Origin: Bdellovibrionales bacterium
GTDB lineage: Bacteria > Bdellovibrionota > Bdellovibrionia > Bdellovibrionales > JAUICD01
Length of the DNA stretch: 64,000 bases
Assembly: GCA_965262715.1 (NCBI GenBank)
Contig: OZ253553.1
Span: 1,120,001 to 1,184,000 of the forward strand
Direction: 5' to 3'
Position numbers and translations under genes: made by a program. How positions within the stretch are numbered: position 1 is the first letter of the stretch; each line of letters starts with the position of its first letter. The notes below the pieces were generated by a model that was given only the letters and a program-made list of their open reading frames with translations, did not search any database and was not told where the DNA came from. Shown one piece after another: positions 1 through 8,893 of this stretch.

Positions 1-295
1 TTCCAGCAACAACGACCTTATTAATAGGGTCTTCAAAGCCTAAAGCCTTAGCCTTCTTTATAACACCATCTAAATTTCCTGTACGAATATCTTTTTCAAA
101 TTGAAGTGCTATCCTTTTTTGAGTTACACTACGCTTTACATACAACGACCAAAGTCGATCAAAAATAACCACAAAAGAGACCATCTGAATCACAAAAATA
201 AACCACATCCAAAATCCACCTTGGTGAAAAGCTATGGCGATTTGATGAAATATCTCTATTTTATGGAATGCCTCTACTGACAATAATGATCCCAT
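1..295 (-). CDS. MotA/TolQ/ExbB proton channel family protein, 5' part (runs off the window)
   Basis: Manual translation from ATG at 295 (GAGGAG RBS): MGSLLSVEAF...FHQGGFWMWFIFVIQMVSFVVIFDRLWSLY...; the GG-x-M-TM-(E/D)R pattern is typical of ExbB/TolQ. Confidence 0.75.
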   Translation of the reverse strand, partial: MGSLLSVEAFHKIEIFHQIAIAFHQGGFWMWFIFVIQMVSFVVIFDRLWSLYVKRSVTQKRIALQFEKDIRTGNLDGVIKKAKALGFEDPINKVVVAG

Positions 296-492
296 AAGAA
301 AAACTCCTCTTTAGTATTCTATATAATAATACGTGCAGTCCTTAGATAAATAAAGATATCTCATCAAATAAACTCTCTTTAAGACCTACTATAAATAAGC
401 AAAATAGACTTTTATCTCTATATGAATCTCAATTAACCAAGACTTAACCTAGATACATCAATAAATAACAGGTTTCTTAGAGAAATAAAGAC

Positions 493-537
493 TGCGTAAG
501 ATGAGTTAAATTTGTAAAAGTTGCGTAAGGTCAGTTA
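493..537. promoter_or_regulatory. Imperfect direct repeat pair, putative transcription-factor sites
   Basis: TGCGTAAGATGAGTTA (493-508) and TGCGTAAGGTCAGTTA (522-537), 14/16 identical, between the divergent exbB-like and doxX genes. Confidence 0.4.
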
Positions 538-730
538 TAATAACATCTCATAAATTCTAGATTTATAACTATGAAAGTTACCTTTATTTCCAAAAAGACC
601 TTAAAACTCTCTCTTTTTTCTTGTAACCTTTTGCTTTTTTCCTATATAAGTTAGGTGATATATCAATTACTTGATTTAAATAATCCAAAACGTATAAATA
701 TAAAAACAGTTAGAACTATGGAGGTTACAA

Positions 731-1114
731 ATGGTAAGTAGAGATATTGGACTTTTAATATTAAGAGTGGGTTGTGGAAGTATGATATTGCTTTTGCATG
801 GATTACCAAAATTAATGTCTTTTACAGAAAGAATGGATAGTTTTCCTGACCCTCTTGGAATAGGTTCAGCAGCTAGTATGAGCCTTGTTATTTTTGCAGA
901 GTTTTTTTGTTCTTGTGCTGTGATTCTTGGCCTATGGGTAAGATGGGCCACTCTTCCAATTGTTACTGCAATGGCAGTTGCAGGGTTTATTTTTCATGCA
1001 AATGATCCTTGGTCAACAAAAGAGCTACCGATCTTATACTTTGTCCTATTTTTAGCTCTGTTTTGCTTAAATGGTGGTAAATACTCTTTGGATAGATTGA
1101 TTGCCAAGATATAG
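731..1114 (+). CDS. DoxX family membrane protein
   Basis: Four TM segments; GLLILR...HGLPKL, AEF and GGKYSLD motifs; GGAGG RBS. Confidence 0.9.
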   Translation: MVSRDIGLLILRVGCGSMILLLHGLPKLMSFTERMDSFPDPLGIGSAASMSLVIFAEFFCSCAVILGLWVRWATLPIVTAMAVAGFIFHANDPWSTKELPILYFVLFLALFCLNGGKYSLDRLIAKI

Positions 1115-1116
1115 GT

Positions 1117-1953
1117 GTGTGTAATTTGAATATAAGCATGAAATGCCATCTTGGAGTGGGGTTAAGACCGCCCCACTATAATGATGTATTAAATCATAAA
1201 GCTGTCCATCTCAATTGGTTTGAGGTGGTCTCTGAAAACTATATAGACAGTTTTGGCTATCCTAGAGAAGTTCTAAGAAGGGTAAGGCAATCTTATGAAG
1301 TCGCACTTCATGGAGTCTCTTTAAACATTGGCTCTGCAGATCCATTAAATTTTGAATATCTCAAAAAACTAAAGGATCTGTCTAAAGAAATCCAACCTTT
1401 TATTATATCAGATCATTGCTGTTTTACAGGAGTGGGTAAATTTAATGGCCATGATCTTTACCCCATACCCTATACAAAACAGTCCTTAAAACACATTGTA
1501 CAAAGACTTGACAAGGTTCAAGAATTTTTAAAAAGAGATATATTGATAGAAAATATATCTACCTACTTGCAGTTTAAAGAAAATGAATTTACAGAATGGG
1601 ATTTTTTAAATGAAATGGTGAAGCAATCAGGTTGCAGCTTGCTTTTAGATTTAAATAATTTATTTGTGAATTCTTTTAATCATAATTTTGATCCTTATCA
1701 GTTCTTAAACAATATAAATCTATCTTCTGTTAAACAAATCCATCTAGCAGGATTTACTGACAGAAAGACATATTACTTTGACACACACTCCTGTTTAGTT
1801 TCTAAAGAAGTTTGGTCTCTTTATAAAGAGTTTTGTAAGAAGGGTTATAAGGCTCCAGTTTTATTAGAATGGGATGAAGACATTCCCTCTTTTCAAAAAT
1901 TACAAAAAGAAGTTCTTAAAGCTAAAAAATATATGAAGATAAGCCAATTATGA
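1117..1953 (+). CDS. DUF692 family multinuclear non-heme iron oxidative enzyme (MNIO, BufB/MbnB-like)
   Basis: GVGLR, WFEVVSENY, LHGVSLNIG, SDH, ENISTY, LLDLNN, QIHLAG, DTH, LLEWD motifs; ATG at 1138 is a likely start. Confidence 0.95.
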   Translation: MCNLNISMKCHLGVGLRPPHYNDVLNHKAVHLNWFEVVSENYIDSFGYPREVLRRVRQSYEVALHGVSLNIGSADPLNFEYLKKLKDLSKEIQPFIISDHCCFTGVGKFNGHDLYPIPYTKQSLKHIVQRLDKVQEFLKRDILIENISTYLQFKENEFTEWDFLNEMVKQSGCSLLLDLNNLFVNSFNHNFDPYQFLNNINLSSVKQIHLAGFTDRKTYYFDTHSCLVSKEVWSLYKEFCKKGYKAPVLLEWDEDIPSFQKLQKEVLKAKKYMKISQL

Positions 1954-2699
1954 AAAAATCTCTTTTAAAGCAACAAAAGCAATTTTTATCTCAAGTTATC
2001 GATAATACAAAAGTTACAAAAGACATCATAGGAGCTACAAGTCTTTCTGGAAAGCAAGCTATATCTATCTATCAAGAAGCTTATTTTGCTCGATTACAAG
2101 AAGTCTTGTCAGAAAAGTACGAAAGCATTCGACATATCTTAGGAGATGATAAATTTTACAATATCTCTCAAAAATATATCAAACAGAATAAGTCTACAGA
2201 CTACAACTTAGAAAATTATGGTAAAGGATTTAGCAGTTTTTTAAAAAAAGAGCAAAAAATAAAAAAAGATTTCCCTTTTTTAATAGGCTTAAGCGAATTT
2301 GAAAATCTTATGGATCAAGTTTTTCATGCCCCAACAGAAAAACTTAAAAAATACAATGAGAAAACATTTCCAAAACTTAAAGGAACATCCCGTTTTAAGT
2401 TAGCTTCTTATGTAAAGCTACCTATTTTTCAATACAATATTTATGATATTTGGAAAGCCACTCAAGAAAATTCTCAAATTGATATTCTATCAATAACTCA
2501 ATATTTGCTCATTTCTAAAAACAAAAATACTGTTTTTGTTCGAGAAATTGACGGGCTCACATCACATATCCTTAAAAGTTCTTTAAAAGGACAAAACCTA
2601 TCTGAAATTATGAATAGCTATAGAAATATAACCTTTAATGATTTACTATCAAGCTTAGAAAATATTCTTGATTCTTATATCTTGGTTAAAGTTATTTAG
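1950..2699 (+). CDS. DUF2063 family MNIO partner protein (BufC/HvfC-like)
   Basis: ATGA overlap with DUF692; IYQEAYFARL...LGDDKF...YGKGFSSFL...LSEFE pattern. Confidence 0.85.
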   Translation: MKKSLLKQQKQFLSQVIDNTKVTKDIIGATSLSGKQAISIYQEAYFARLQEVLSEKYESIRHILGDDKFYNISQKYIKQNKSTDYNLENYGKGFSSFLKKEQKIKKDFPFLIGLSEFENLMDQVFHAPTEKLKKYNEKTFPKLKGTSRFKLASYVKLPIFQYNIYDIWKATQENSQIDILSITQYLLISKNKNTVFVREIDGLTSHILKSSLKGQNLSEIMNSYRNITFNDLLSSLENILDSYILVKVI

Positions 2700-2711
2700 A
2701 ACTTCTTTTAT

Positions 2712-3308
2712 TTAAAACCTTTGAGATAACTTAGAAATTTCTTTTTTATTAATGGAGCGATTTTGGATAAGGTGCTTTTTGTTGAAAATTTGTGGAGAAT
2801 ATTTTTGTTTACTCTCTATTGTTGCTCCTTCCTCTAGGCAATGAGAACAAATACCATAAAGCTCCATCAAATGATCCGTTAATTTAAATCCAAAATTTAA
2901 AGCTACCTGTTGTTGCAGTCTTTCAATACTTTTATTTTCAAACTCATAAATGGTGTGACAGTTTAGACAAGTTAAATGGTCATGATGCTGTTGATTTGCC
3001 CATTCATACCTAGCCGGCAGTCCTCCTATACGAATTTCTGTAATATAACCACTTTTTGCTAAGTCCCTTAAAAAACGATATACTGTGGCAAAACCTATTT
3101 CTAAGTCCTCTGCATTCTCTTTTTTTAAGTCCTCAAAAATCACTTTGGCAGAAAAATGATTACCTCTTTTTAAAAGTGCATGCAATATTGCAAGACGTTG
3201 TTTCGTAACCTTTAATCCTAAACTTCTGATAATCTCTGTGATCTCTCTTGATATTTTTTGATCTTTATTCGATCTTCTTGGTAAAACCATAAAATCTGAT
3301 AGAGACAT
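2712..3308 (-). CDS. fur: Fur family transcriptional regulator with C-terminal extension
   Basis: GLKVTKQRLAIL, IGFATVYRFL, HHDHLTCLNC, YGICSHC. Confidence 0.92.
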   Translation of the reverse strand: MSLSDFMVLPRRSNKDQKISREITEIIRSLGLKVTKQRLAILHALLKRGNHFSAKVIFEDLKKENAEDLEIGFATVYRFLRDLAKSGYITEIRIGGLPARYEWANQQHHDHLTCLNCHTIYEFENKSIERLQQQVALNFGFKLTDHLMELYGICSHCLEEGATIESKQKYSPQIFNKKHLIQNRSINKKEISKLSQRF

Positions 3309-3345
3309 AAAATCCCCTTATATTGTCCTCTTATATATCTTTAAA

Positions 3346-3366
3346 TGATAATAATTCTTATTATCA
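3346..3366. promoter_or_regulatory. Fur box upstream of fur (autoregulation)
   Basis: TGATAATAA-TTC-TTATTATCA, a perfect 9-3-9 palindrome; the minus strand matches GATAATGATAATCATTATC at 16/19; ~40 bp upstream of the fur ATG. Confidence 0.8.
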
Positions 3367-3554
3367 GAAAACCCATAGGTCAAGAAGATTCATTCATATA
3401 ATTTTTATGAGTCAATACAGGTGCTTTTATCTTCTTGCAGTGCATTGAAACTGCTTTTTAAAGTGCGTGTTGGGTACTTTTGATTTTCTTGGACATTTAA
3501 CCGACCTTAAGCAATCTTTATAATTTTTAAGAGATTTGTTGTTGTATCTATAAT

Positions 3555-3926
3555 CTATAATTGACGAAAATCTTTAATTTCTACAAGAGGATCTTCCCCT
3601 TTGTAAAAGTAATTGATCACATCTATCCATGTCCAAGGCTCATGAATATTATTTGGAACTTTAGCCCCTTCCGTAGGACGATTATCATTTGAAGCAGGCC
3701 AACCATATTGAGTTAAATAATTGGCTGCATGTTGAGGCATCCCATAACCATGATTATTTATGATTCTTCTACGACGAATTACCTCAGAATATCTGTTACC
3801 GAAGCTTGGTAATGTAATTTTGATTTTCGGATTGGTTGCCTCACAATCCCTCCCTTGCTTATCATTAAAAAAAGCCAAAATTTTCAATGAATTTACGAAA
3901 CAAAAGAGGGAATCATGAGTTACCAT
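3555..3926 (-). CDS. Hypothetical protein (possibly a fragment)
   Basis: 123-aa ORF, no recognised motif. Confidence 0.3.
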   Translation of the reverse strand: MVTHDSLFCFVNSLKILAFFNDKQGRDCEATNPKIKITLPSFGNRYSEVIRRRRIINNHGYGMPQHAANYLTQYGWPASNDNRPTEGAKVPNNIHEPWTWIDVINYFYKGEDPLVEIKDFRQL

Positions 3927-4039
3927 AGTATCTTAGAATATATCAATGAATTAGCCAAGTTCTACTTTGTATCTCAGAAAGCTAAAAAGACTGAGATGCT
4001 AAATCATGCTACCGAAATCACCGGACTTCACCGAAAAAC
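3915..4039 (+). pseudogene. N-terminal fragment of an integrase-core (rve)-type transposase, truncated by IS5
   Basis: KAKKTEMLNHATEITGLHRKT resembles the K.K..ILDEF...TGYHRK.AI transposase N-terminus; cut at the IS5 TIR (4040). Confidence 0.5.
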
Positions 4040-5356
4040 GGCCTTGTTGCACAAACATCATTTAGTTTATAAGCCAGAGATTTGTGAAAGGCATTTTCCA
4101 TAGTCCTTAGAGGGCCCCCGTGCCTTGTATTGCTATTATTTTAAGATTTTATTATAGAATAAAATAGTTTAAGAGATATTTACCCTAAGCCGCTAGCCTA
4201 GTCCTATTTCAGAAGTCTTTCACAAATCTCATTCTTAAATTTTTATGCAATAAGATCTTTTATGAGTTTGATATATCTATTACTTTGATTTTTTGTTTTT
4301 AATGATTATAAAATTTACCCATCCCCAACTTTCACAATCACTAAATCAGAAGGAGCTAGAGATGGGTAAAAATAAAAAAATAAACTGGAGTCTTTATAAT
4401 AAGTCTCTAGTCAATAGAGGTCAAATCACTTTTTGGTTTTCAGCAAATATCGTCAAATCTTGGTATGCAAAATGTTCTTCAAAGCAAGGGGGTCAACAAG
4501 TTTACTCTGATAAAGCTATTGAAACTCTTAATATATTAAGATTCATATTTGGTTTAAAATTGCGATCTACAGAAGGTTTTGCTAAATCCCTAGTTGAACT
4601 TATGGGTCTTGATATAGAAATACCTAATTATACAACTCTTTGCAGAAGATTACAGAAGTTATCAGTAAAACTAGAAAGAAAGCTATCTTCTCACAAGAAT
4701 CCTCATATTGTCATTGATTCCACAGGTCTTAAAGTTTATGGGGAGGGAGAGTGGAAAGTCCGTCAGCATGGGTATTCTAAGAGGAGGACATGGAAGAAGC
4801 TACATTTAGCGGTAGATGAGTCAAATTCCCAGATTAAGGCATCTGTTTTGAGTGATAATTCTGTAAAGGATAATGAGGTTTTTGAAGAGTTATTGACAGG
4901 ATATGAAGATGAGATAGGCCAAGTTTCAGTTGATGGGGCTTATGACTGTAAGAATTGTTATCAGTTTACAAGTGATAGAAGTATAAAATTGGTTGCTCCA
5001 CCTAGAAAGAATGCTGTGATTAAGAGGCATGGAAATTGTCGGGGATCGCCGCTTCTTAGAGATACTTATATTAGAGAAATCAAGAAGATGGGTAGAAAGA
5101 AGTGGAAAAAAAAACATAAATATCACAGGAGGTCTATATCAGAAACAGCTATGTATAGATTTAAAACTTTATTAGGTGATAAATTATCTTCTAGAGAATT
5201 TCATCGTCAAGCAAATGAAGTGTTTATTAAATGTAAAATCCTTAATCAGATGATTGTGCCTTCTTCTCTTTCAGCTTGATAAAAAAATATTAAGTAACAA
5301 TCTTACTTAAAAAATAAATAAAATAAAAACTATTTAAATCTTTGTGCAACAAGGCC
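4040..5356 (+). mobile_element. IS5 family (IS903 group) insertion sequence
   Basis: Perfect 16-bp TIRs GGCCTTGTTGCACAAA (4040-4055) / TTTGTGCAACAAGGCC (5341-5356); no target duplication visible. Confidence 0.92.
4362..5279 (+). CDS. IS5 family (IS903 group) DDE transposase
   Basis: NWSLYNKSLVNRG, IDSTGLKVYGEGEW, WKKLHLAVD, DGAYD, YHRRSISETAMYRFK; AGGAG RBS before ATG 4362. Confidence 0.95.
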   Translation: MGKNKKINWSLYNKSLVNRGQITFWFSANIVKSWYAKCSSKQGGQQVYSDKAIETLNILRFIFGLKLRSTEGFAKSLVELMGLDIEIPNYTTLCRRLQKLSVKLERKLSSHKNPHIVIDSTGLKVYGEGEWKVRQHGYSKRRTWKKLHLAVDESNSQIKASVLSDNSVKDNEVFEELLTGYEDEIGQVSVDGAYDCKNCYQFTSDRSIKLVAPPRKNAVIKRHGNCRGSPLLRDTYIREIKKMGRKKWKKKHKYHRRSISETAMYRFKTLLGDKLSSREFHRQANEVFIKCKILNQMIVPSSLSA

Positions 5357-5414
5357 TTTTTATACTATAAATAAATACTCATAGGCTTATTTTAGATAGA
5401 GATATTGGATTTTT

Positions 5415-6326
5415 ATGCAGAAACCTATTCAGATCACTCAAGTTATTGAAGATAGTGCAAAAGAAATTTATCCTTTTCTTCGCTTTGCTTTTTTTTGGTT
5501 ATTTTTACTTCTATCTCCCTTTCTACTCAGTAATTTGTTGTTGGTAGCTTTTCCTTCTTTATTTTTGTTAGAACATGTATTAGTTGTAACTGATGGGTTT
5601 GGTTATCTTGTATGGATTATATCAATACCTTACTTGCTACAATGTTTTTACAAAAACAAACCGCCTTCTTTTATTCAAATCCTTCAGCAACTCAAAGCAC
5701 ATTTTTTCCCAATATTGATTGAGGTATTGAGGATCGCTGGCCGTCTCATTTTTATTGCTTTTCTCCTTGCAATCATCTTAATTATTCCAGCCTTTATATT
5801 TGCTTCCCTTCCTGTGTTTTCCGATCGTCAATTTCTTGCTATTATTTTGAGTCCTATATTTTTTTCACTTGTGTTAACAGTCATGTTTGCATTTACTTTT
5901 GTGTGGCCACGTTTTTTGTTTATCCCTTTAATTTGTCTATTTAATAAGTCTTATCAAAAAAAACAGATTGATGTCCTTGAGTACTCTAAAGTTTTGACTG
6001 AAGGCTACAGATCCTCCATCTTTATTTGGATTTTTACTATACTCTTTATTATTAAGTTTCTTAATCTTTTTCCTTATATCTTGTTTATTCTGCGCTCTCC
6101 CCATAGACTTCTCTACCTCGATTTGGAGCTGCCATACGAAGAAATCAGTTCTTTAACCTTAGAAGAGTGGGTTTTATCATCCTTCTCTTCCTACTTTTTT
6201 GTTCCTTTTTCTATTATAGTTTATTATAAGTTCTATATGCTTTTGGAAGGCAGACTTCAAGACTTAGACACTGAAGAGCTTAATAAAAAAGAAGGGATAA
6301 GTAACTTCTTTAAAGTTCTATTTTAA
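5415..6326 (+). CDS. Polytopic membrane protein, paralog of 18401..19258
   Basis: About 6 TM segments; shares PFLRFAFFWLF, LKAH, LEYSK.LT.GYR, VYYKFY and LQDLD with 18401. Confidence 0.8.
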   Translation: MQKPIQITQVIEDSAKEIYPFLRFAFFWLFLLLSPFLLSNLLLVAFPSLFLLEHVLVVTDGFGYLVWIISIPYLLQCFYKNKPPSFIQILQQLKAHFFPILIEVLRIAGRLIFIAFLLAIILIIPAFIFASLPVFSDRQFLAIILSPIFFSLVLTVMFAFTFVWPRFLFIPLICLFNKSYQKKQIDVLEYSKVLTEGYRSSIFIWIFTILFIIKFLNLFPYILFILRSPHRLLYLDLELPYEEISSLTLEEWVLSSFSSYFFVPFSIIVYYKFYMLLEGRLQDLDTEELNKKEGISNFFKVLF

Positions 6327-6330
6327 ATTT

Positions 6331-6502
6331 GGTGGATTCAAGTTGTAAGTGCAACTCCTTGCATAGTTGTTTAAAGGGGGTTAGAGGAATACTCTAATCA
6401 ATAACTTTACATAACGAAAGGAGTATTCCATGAGTAAGTACACTCATCTAACCCAATATGAGAGATACCAAATTTTAGCTTTTTTGAAAAGTGGAAATTC
6501 AT
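6331..6502 (+). mobile_element. IS30 family left-end remnant
   Basis: End sequence GGTGGATTCAAGTTGTAAGTGCAACT, then MSKYTHLTQYERYQILAFLKSG (IS30 HTH start, ATG 6430), truncated. Confidence 0.75.
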
Positions 6503-7001
6503 TACATGAAGACCCTCTGCTGCTAGTAAAAAAGCCTGCCAAAAGACACTAATGATAACTAATGTATCTCTAACAAATCAAAAATACAATTTCAATTTCT
6601 CTTTAAAAAAAATTCTTTAATCTCTCACAAGATTAAGAAATCCCATTGCATATTAAAAAACAAATAAGCTTTTATATCTGATTGAAAAGTAGAGTAGAGA
6701 TAAGATGTTGAATTTATCTCTTTTTTCTGTTTTTTCTTCTGACTTTAAATTACGAGAAGATTGACTAGGTGATGCCATATCCCTAGTTGCTTTGATAATA
6801 GCAAAATACTAAATAACAAACTTAAAAAATAAATGAAAATACAATCTACTTAAAGGTTCATGCAATAACGGTCTTTCCAATTCAAAATTGAGGGACCATC
6901 TTATTTTTAAGAGAGGTACAGCTCTTAGACGTTGTTATTTCAATGATTATTGTTTTTCGGATTGTCAGTGGAATAATCGTTAAGAAACTGACCTTATCGA
7001 T

Positions 7002-7820
7002 TTAGCCATCTGCGAACATGCGCGAGTGGTTAAGTATTGCTGCACCTAGTCCAACGGTTAGAGCATCAATAACATCTAAATATTTTTCTCCAGAGTGTTC
7101 ATTGCAATAGATTTTCTTGATTTCAGTTGGAAGTACCAAAATATCTTCGGGTCTGGCGCAAACGTGATGGGCCAAGTACCCTCTTCCAAAAAAGACTTTA
7201 TTCTCTTCTGTCGTATTAATAATATCTGGTAATTTTATTTTTAAAAGCTGAGATAGCCATTCTTGAATTTGATTTCTATATCTCCTAGATAGCTGCTTTG
7301 TCCCAACATTAAATACTGGAGCATCCTCCCCGATTCGTTTAAAATTGTAGGAGTGAATATCATAAACGACACATTTAGAGAACTTTTGAGTGATTTTTGT
7401 TAAAAGCGCATCAAAAATCTTATAAAAGAAAGCGTGTTTTTCTCTGGATACTCTTAAATCGTCTTCGCTCAATTTTTCTTTCCAAACAGTTTGTCCCCAA
7501 GCTTTATCTTCATAAACACACGCATCAGACTTTCTATTGAGATCATATTCATAGCGACTGTCTTTGGCCACAATCCTAATAGGCATTGAAAAAATAAAAT
7601 CACCTGTTAAAGGGTCTTCTTCCCTCCACCTCTGAATATCTGTGAGCGCACACTTGCTCTTTAAACTTTCGCGTAAGTTCGTGCCATGGTGAATGGCAGC
7701 GCACACAAAGGGTTGGTATTTATTAATTTCTATAAAAAATGAATTGTCGAAGGATGTACATGAAAAAGTTCTTTCATTTTCAATGTTTGATAAAATTTCA
7801 CTGGCCTCAAGTGCTATCAT
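7002..7820 (-). CDS. N-formylglutamate amidohydrolase family protein
   Basis: AIHHG, REEDP.T, SRYEYDLNR, YDIHSYN, FNVGT, GYL motifs. Confidence 0.88.
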   Translation of the reverse strand: MIALEASEILSNIENERTFSCTSFDNSFFIEINKYQPFVCAAIHHGTNLRESLKSKCALTDIQRWREEDPLTGDFIFSMPIRIVAKDSRYEYDLNRKSDACVYEDKAWGQTVWKEKLSEDDLRVSREKHAFFYKIFDALLTKITQKFSKCVVYDIHSYNFKRIGEDAPVFNVGTKQLSRRYRNQIQEWLSQLLKIKLPDIINTTEENKVFFGRGYLAHHVCARPEDILVLPTEIKKIYCNEHSGEKYLDVIDALTVGLGAAILNHSRMFADG

Positions 7821-7841
7821 TTGCCATCCTCTCCAAAATTT

Positions 7842-8882
7842 CTATAATGTTGTCATTTCTCGGTTGTCGAAACTTCTATGATAATAACTCATATATCGCA
7901 CCTTGTTTTCAAAAGAATCAATCACCGCATCTGAAAAATTCACTTTCTCAAATTGTTGCGCGCTTCCAAGACCACCTGGACTAAACACGTTTATTTCCAT
8001 AAGTTTATTTCCAACAATATCTAGCCCAACTAAGAACATTCCATCTTGAACTAGCTTGGGTCTTACCATTTCTGCAAGTTCGAGGTGTTCATCGGTTATA
8101 ATTGCAGCAGCCTTTTTTCCACCAGCGTGGATATTACTTCGAATATCGTCACCTTGTCGAAGTCGTTGAAACGCCGCATATTTACCTTTGTGTTTAAGGG
8201 GTATTCCATTCATCATAAACAGCCTTATATCGCCCACCGAGGCCGCAGTGAGATACTCTTGGCCAATGATATACCCTCCTTTAGACAATGATTCAATAAT
8301 TTGGTTTAAATTAGACTTGTCGTGTTTGGTTAACTTAAAAACACCAGAACCACCTGATCCTTGCAAGGGCTTTAGAATGGCTTGACCACCCATTTCATCA
8401 ATAAAGTCAGTTAACCTTTCACGTTTTCGAGTAATAATGGTTTTTGGTCTAACTTGCTCTGGAAAAGTCTGGAAATAAGCTTTGTTCATAGCCTTCGAAA
8501 GACCGTTTGGATCGTTAAGTACTATAACCCCATGTCTCATGGCGATACGTCCAAAATCTAATCCCGCCATTTGTCTCCATAGTTTCTTGTCGTCAGAGGG
8601 GTTATTTCTTAACATCAAAATATCTAAGTCATCAACAGTGATATTCTCCGCTCTAGCTTTCGGCCCATTAAGATCAGCTAAGTACTGTTCTCCCTTTTTG
8701 TAATTTTGTCCTGGGGCCATACGAGCCAAGGCATGTATTTTTTCATCAAGGCCATAGGATAAATCTCCAACGCCAAAGACCCATGCCTCATGACCTCTTT
8801 TCAATGCGCTTATAGCCAATCTTGAGGTGGTGTATCCAGCCCCTTCAGTTATGAAATCGTTGATCAAGAATCCTACTCTCAT
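7842..8882 (-). CDS. Glutathione synthetase (GshB)-like ATP-grasp ligase
   Basis: MLRNNP, ILKPLQGSGGSGVF, QEYL, GDIR, RSNIHAGG, GLDIVGNKLMEINVFSPGG. Confidence 0.88.
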   Translation of the reverse strand: MRVGFLINDFITEGAGYTTSRLAISALKRGHEAWVFGVGDLSYGLDEKIHALARMAPGQNYKKGEQYLADLNGPKARAENITVDDLDILMLRNNPSDDKKLWRQMAGLDFGRIAMRHGVIVLNDPNGLSKAMNKAYFQTFPEQVRPKTIITRKRERLTDFIDEMGGQAILKPLQGSGGSGVFKLTKHDKSNLNQIIESLSKGGYIIGQEYLTAASVGDIRLFMMNGIPLKHKGKYAAFQRLRQGDDIRSNIHAGGKKAAAIITDEHLELAEMVRPKLVQDGMFLVGLDIVGNKLMEINVFSPGGLGSAQQFEKVNFSDAVIDSFENKVRYMSYYHRSFDNREMTTL

Positions 8883-8893
8883 AGTAATCTCCC

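Noticed and set aside
571..654. 27-aa ORF as the MNIO precursor, and TGTAACC at 622 as an ECF promoter
   Set aside because: The ORF has a single Cys, no clear RBS and no precursor-like core; the expected -10 element is not evident.
7842..8882. Assigning the symbol gshB
   Set aside because: Operon context with DUF1704 and FGase, and no gshA in the window; substrate is uncertain.
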